Origin: Acidobacteriota bacterium
GTDB lineage: Bacteria > Acidobacteriota > UBA890 > WLXD01
Direction: 5' to 3'
NCBI GenBank assembly: GCA_965248695.1
Contig: CBDFKD010000002.1
Location: 4,960,001 to 5,024,000, forward strand
Length of the DNA: 64,000 bases
Of this stretch, positions 61,521 through 64,000 are shown piece after piece; position 1 is the first letter of the stretch; each line of letters starts with the position of its first letter. The position numbers were made by a program, and so were the translations under genes. Below the pieces are notes generated by a model. It did no database searches and was not told where the DNA came from. It worked only from the letters and a program-made list of their open reading frames with translations.

Positions 61521-62440
61521 AAATCTCTCGCATGGACCAAACGGGTATCCATATCCGCTGGCGCGTCCAGGCCGAAGGCTCGCGCGACCGTTGCTGCCGT
61601 GACGGTAACGGCCAGCGAGCCGAGCTTACCGCGCGCGATTCCATCACCCCAGAGAATCCAAGGGACCCTGTTGTTCGAACTGCCCCTACGATCGTGAGAT
61701 CGGCCCTCGCCGCCGTGATCGGCGGTAACGATGACGATAGAGGGACCCGGTAGCGCCCCACTCTCTAGCACGGCAATCAGGCCGCCGAGCAACGCGTCCA
61801 CTCCGCGCAGCGCCAGCGTCTGTTTCTGATGCCCCCACCCGAACTCGTGTCCTGCTCGATCGACGTCCGGCAAGTGCACGAGCATCAGGTTCGGCTGTTC
61901 TTGTATCAGGTACTCGCGCGCCTCTCGGGCAACGATCGCGGCCGGGACATCCCGGACCTCCATTCGATCGATCGCCGGCGACAAGGCGATGTGCAGCAGC
62001 TTGGTCTTGCCGGCGAAGAATGCTGTCTTCAGCCCGGCCTCGTGGGCGACGTCGAAGACCGTTGCCGCCTCGACCAACCCCCGATCCGCCTCGTAGGCGT
62101 TCCACGTTACTCGGTGGATCGGAGGCTCGACGCCCGTCACGATCGAGGTGATCGCCGGCAGTGTAACGCTCGGCTGCACCGTTCGAGCGTCGAGCGTTGC
62201 AGCGCCCTCGCTGATCAGCCGGCTGAGCGTGGGCGCATGTTCCTTGGAGATCAGGTCGGACCGCAACCCATCCAGAATCACGATGATGACGTGACCGTCG
62301 GACCCGATCGGCGCCAGCTGGTAGGGACGCCCTGGCCGCTCGTTCACCGTGGAGCAGGCCACGAGCGTGGCGACGATCGGTGTCGCTGCGGCGAGGCTGA
62401 CGAGGAACCTGAATCGCCGCCGGGAAAAGGCAGGCGTCAT
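61517..62440 (-). CDS. Alkaline phosphatase superfamily / NPP-type phosphodiesterase lipoprotein
   Basis: SRRRF plus lipobox LVAC, ILDGLRSD, PSVTLP (Thr nucleophile), DVDRAGH, VTADHGG. Confidence 0.88.
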   Translation of the reverse strand: MTPAFSRRRFRFLVSLAAATPIVATLVACSTVNERPGRPYQLAPIGSDGHVIIVILDGLRSDLISKEHAPTLSRLISEGAATLDARTVQPSVTLPAITSIVTGVEPPIHRVTWNAYEADRGLVEAATVFDVAHEAGLKTAFFAGKTKLLHIALSPAIDRMEVRDVPAAIVAREAREYLIQEQPNLMLVHLPDVDRAGHEFGWGHQKQTLALRGVDALLGGLIAVLESGALPGPSIVIVTADHGGEGRSHDRRGSSNNRVPWILWGDGIARGKLGSLAVTVTAATVARAFGLDAPADMDTRLVHARDF

Positions 62441-62596
62441 GTGCCTCTTCTGATAGACGGCTCGGGGTGGCCCAGTCGACTGCCGGGTTCCATTGCGTTT
62501 CCGAGAAGGGGAGCGAACATAGACATACGAAGCCTACCGCGCGATCGTGGGAGGCTCCAAGGGAGCGACAGAGGAGACCCGCATCGGGCGCGCTTG

Positions 62597-63475
62597 CTAG
62601 AAGATTACGGAGCCTTGGCCACGCTCGTCGATCATCTTCTGGATATGCGCTACGAGCAGCTCTCGTCGTTCCAGGAGCGCGCCCATCTGTTCCGAAACGA
62701 GGTAAGCGTCGATCGCCGCGCGGATCTGGTCGTCGGTCACCTGCTGTAGCAGCTCCCACATGCGCGGACTGCACCAGACGATCTCATCGCCGTAGCGCAG
62801 GTCCTTGTGCACCTGGAATGCGCGTGAGTGATCGATCATCCAAAGTGCCCATTCAGTGTCGATAAGGTAGTTGCCGCGGTTCCGGTCGTCGTTGAAGATC
62901 AAGCTGTCGAATATGCGCATCGCCTGGATCTGGCGCTGCCAGTCGGCCGTCACGGGTGGAGGTCCCGCCGCTCCTTGGCCGGCCTCGCCGAGCGTGCGCT
63001 CTATCCAGAGCTGCACGCTTCCATCGATGCCGTTGACCCTGCGGCACACGGTGGGCGGTACGTTGTCGAGCTCGAACAAGCGCGCCATCTGATAGGCGGC
63101 GCACTGGCCCTTGTAGCTATCGTAGTAGCGGCTGAAGCTGCGGCCGTTCATGCGGCGGGCCCGCGAGACTCTGTCGATCTCGTGAAACGCGCCGTGCGCT
63201 CGAACACCGTCACGCTCGAGTACCAGGCGCTTGATCCCAGTGACGCCGATACCGACGTTCTCCGATGACACGACAAGGGCCGTACGCAGGAACTCCGTCG
63301 CCTCGTCGTAGGTCCGAAAGGGTAGCGGCGTACCATTCGGCCCCGGCCACGGGCGGGCAATCTCTGCATCGTCCTGAGATCGATGCACCCAGGCGAGCGT
63401 GCTCGTAGTGAGCGCCGGCGATAGCACCAGAGCCACGGCGGTGGCCGCGAGCAGAACACTCCGGGCCGCCTTCAC
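62597..63475 (-). CDS. Exported atypical kinase-fold protein (PI3/4-kinase/Fam20-like motifs)
   Basis: Signal-like N-terminus; AAY..ARL..LDNVPPTV.R, GSVQLWIE, FDSLIFNDDRNRGNYL, MIDHSRAF; start uncertain. Confidence 0.75.
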   Translation of the reverse strand: MKAARSVLLAATAVALVLSPALTTSTLAWVHRSQDDAEIARPWPGPNGTPLPFRTYDEATEFLRTALVVSSENVGIGVTGIKRLVLERDGVRAHGAFHEIDRVSRARRMNGRSFSRYYDSYKGQCAAYQMARLFELDNVPPTVCRRVNGIDGSVQLWIERTLGEAGQGAAGPPPVTADWQRQIQAMRIFDSLIFNDDRNRGNYLIDTEWALWMIDHSRAFQVHKDLRYGDEIVWCSPRMWELLQQVTDDQIRAAIDAYLVSEQMGALLERRELLVAHIQKMIDERGQGSVIF

Positions 63476-63638
63476 GCGGCGCGCGGTCGGATGGGTTCTC
63501 TCTTGAGCGCTGATGCCGGGCTCCACGGCGCTATCACAGAGGGGTGGGCGAAGCGCCTGAAGCCTATCGCCAGAGCCGGCGAGATCCAACGGAGACGGCA
63601 GGGTAGACACGACCGGCCTTCGCCGGGGAATACCTGCC

Positions 63639-63881
63639 CTACTTGTGCTTCTCGCGTCGCTCCCCATAGCGCGCGCCGCTCAACGAGGCGGAGAGGGTGT
63701 GGTTGCCTTCGTGACACGCATACTCATAGAGGGCCTCGTCGAATCGCGTGAACGGAACCCCGCCTCCCCGCGGGGCCACCTTGGTCCAGTGCCCCTGGAG
63801 ATCCGGGTGGCCGTGCACCGTCCTCGGCAGTTGCCACTCTCCGCGGTCGGGAGCAGCGTTTTGCGCCGCCACGGTCGATCA
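63639..63881 (-). pseudogene. Internally deleted remnant of an exported hypothetical protein
   Basis: N-terminal PRTVHGHPDLQGHW abuts C-terminal LYEYACHEGN..LSGAR; in-frame TGA in the upstream signal region. Confidence 0.6.
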
Positions 63882-64000
63882 CAGCGTCGCGCCGGAAACT
63901 AGTGAATGAGCAAGAGCTCTTGTTGCGGCGGAGACAAGCGCGCTACTCCACTTGCAGTCGCAATCGCCTGCTCATGGTTCCAGAACACCAAGTACTGGTC

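Noticed and set aside
63879-63881. In-frame TGA as possible selenocysteine
   Set aside because: Falls in a signal-like region of a deleted gene, and I saw no SECIS-like context; a nonsense mutation is simpler.

Overview
High-GC bacterial chromosome segment, probably Acidobacteriota (inferred from the ArgS type, the S55 peptidase/beta-propeller pair and the DUF6677-like pair). Positions 1-50786 are densely packed core genes: trmD-rplS-rnhB-argS, rsmA-uppP-ftsK, valS-birA(frameshifted)-hisS-aspS-phoH-HD-ybeY-CBS-era-mgtE-recO-mutL, a divergent pyr cluster with a PyrR attenuator, rnc, iscS-mnmA, tRNA-Gly(CCC), ald, tonB/exbBD, miaA, thiolase-hbd. From about 50800 an accessory region begins with recombination-site-like motifs, an IS end and gene remnants. 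It then holds a cluster in which nearly every enzyme has an export signal: a Tat PLP enzyme, an MIO-less (ergothionase-like) ammonia-lyase, an amidohydrolase, a triple-RidA fusion, methyltransferase and phosphodiesterase lipoproteins and an atypical kinase-like protein. A CTAG-bounded, highly structured ~278-bp MITE-like repeat occurs as two full copies, one half copy and one solo end. All calls come from motif recognition by eye; no searches were run.
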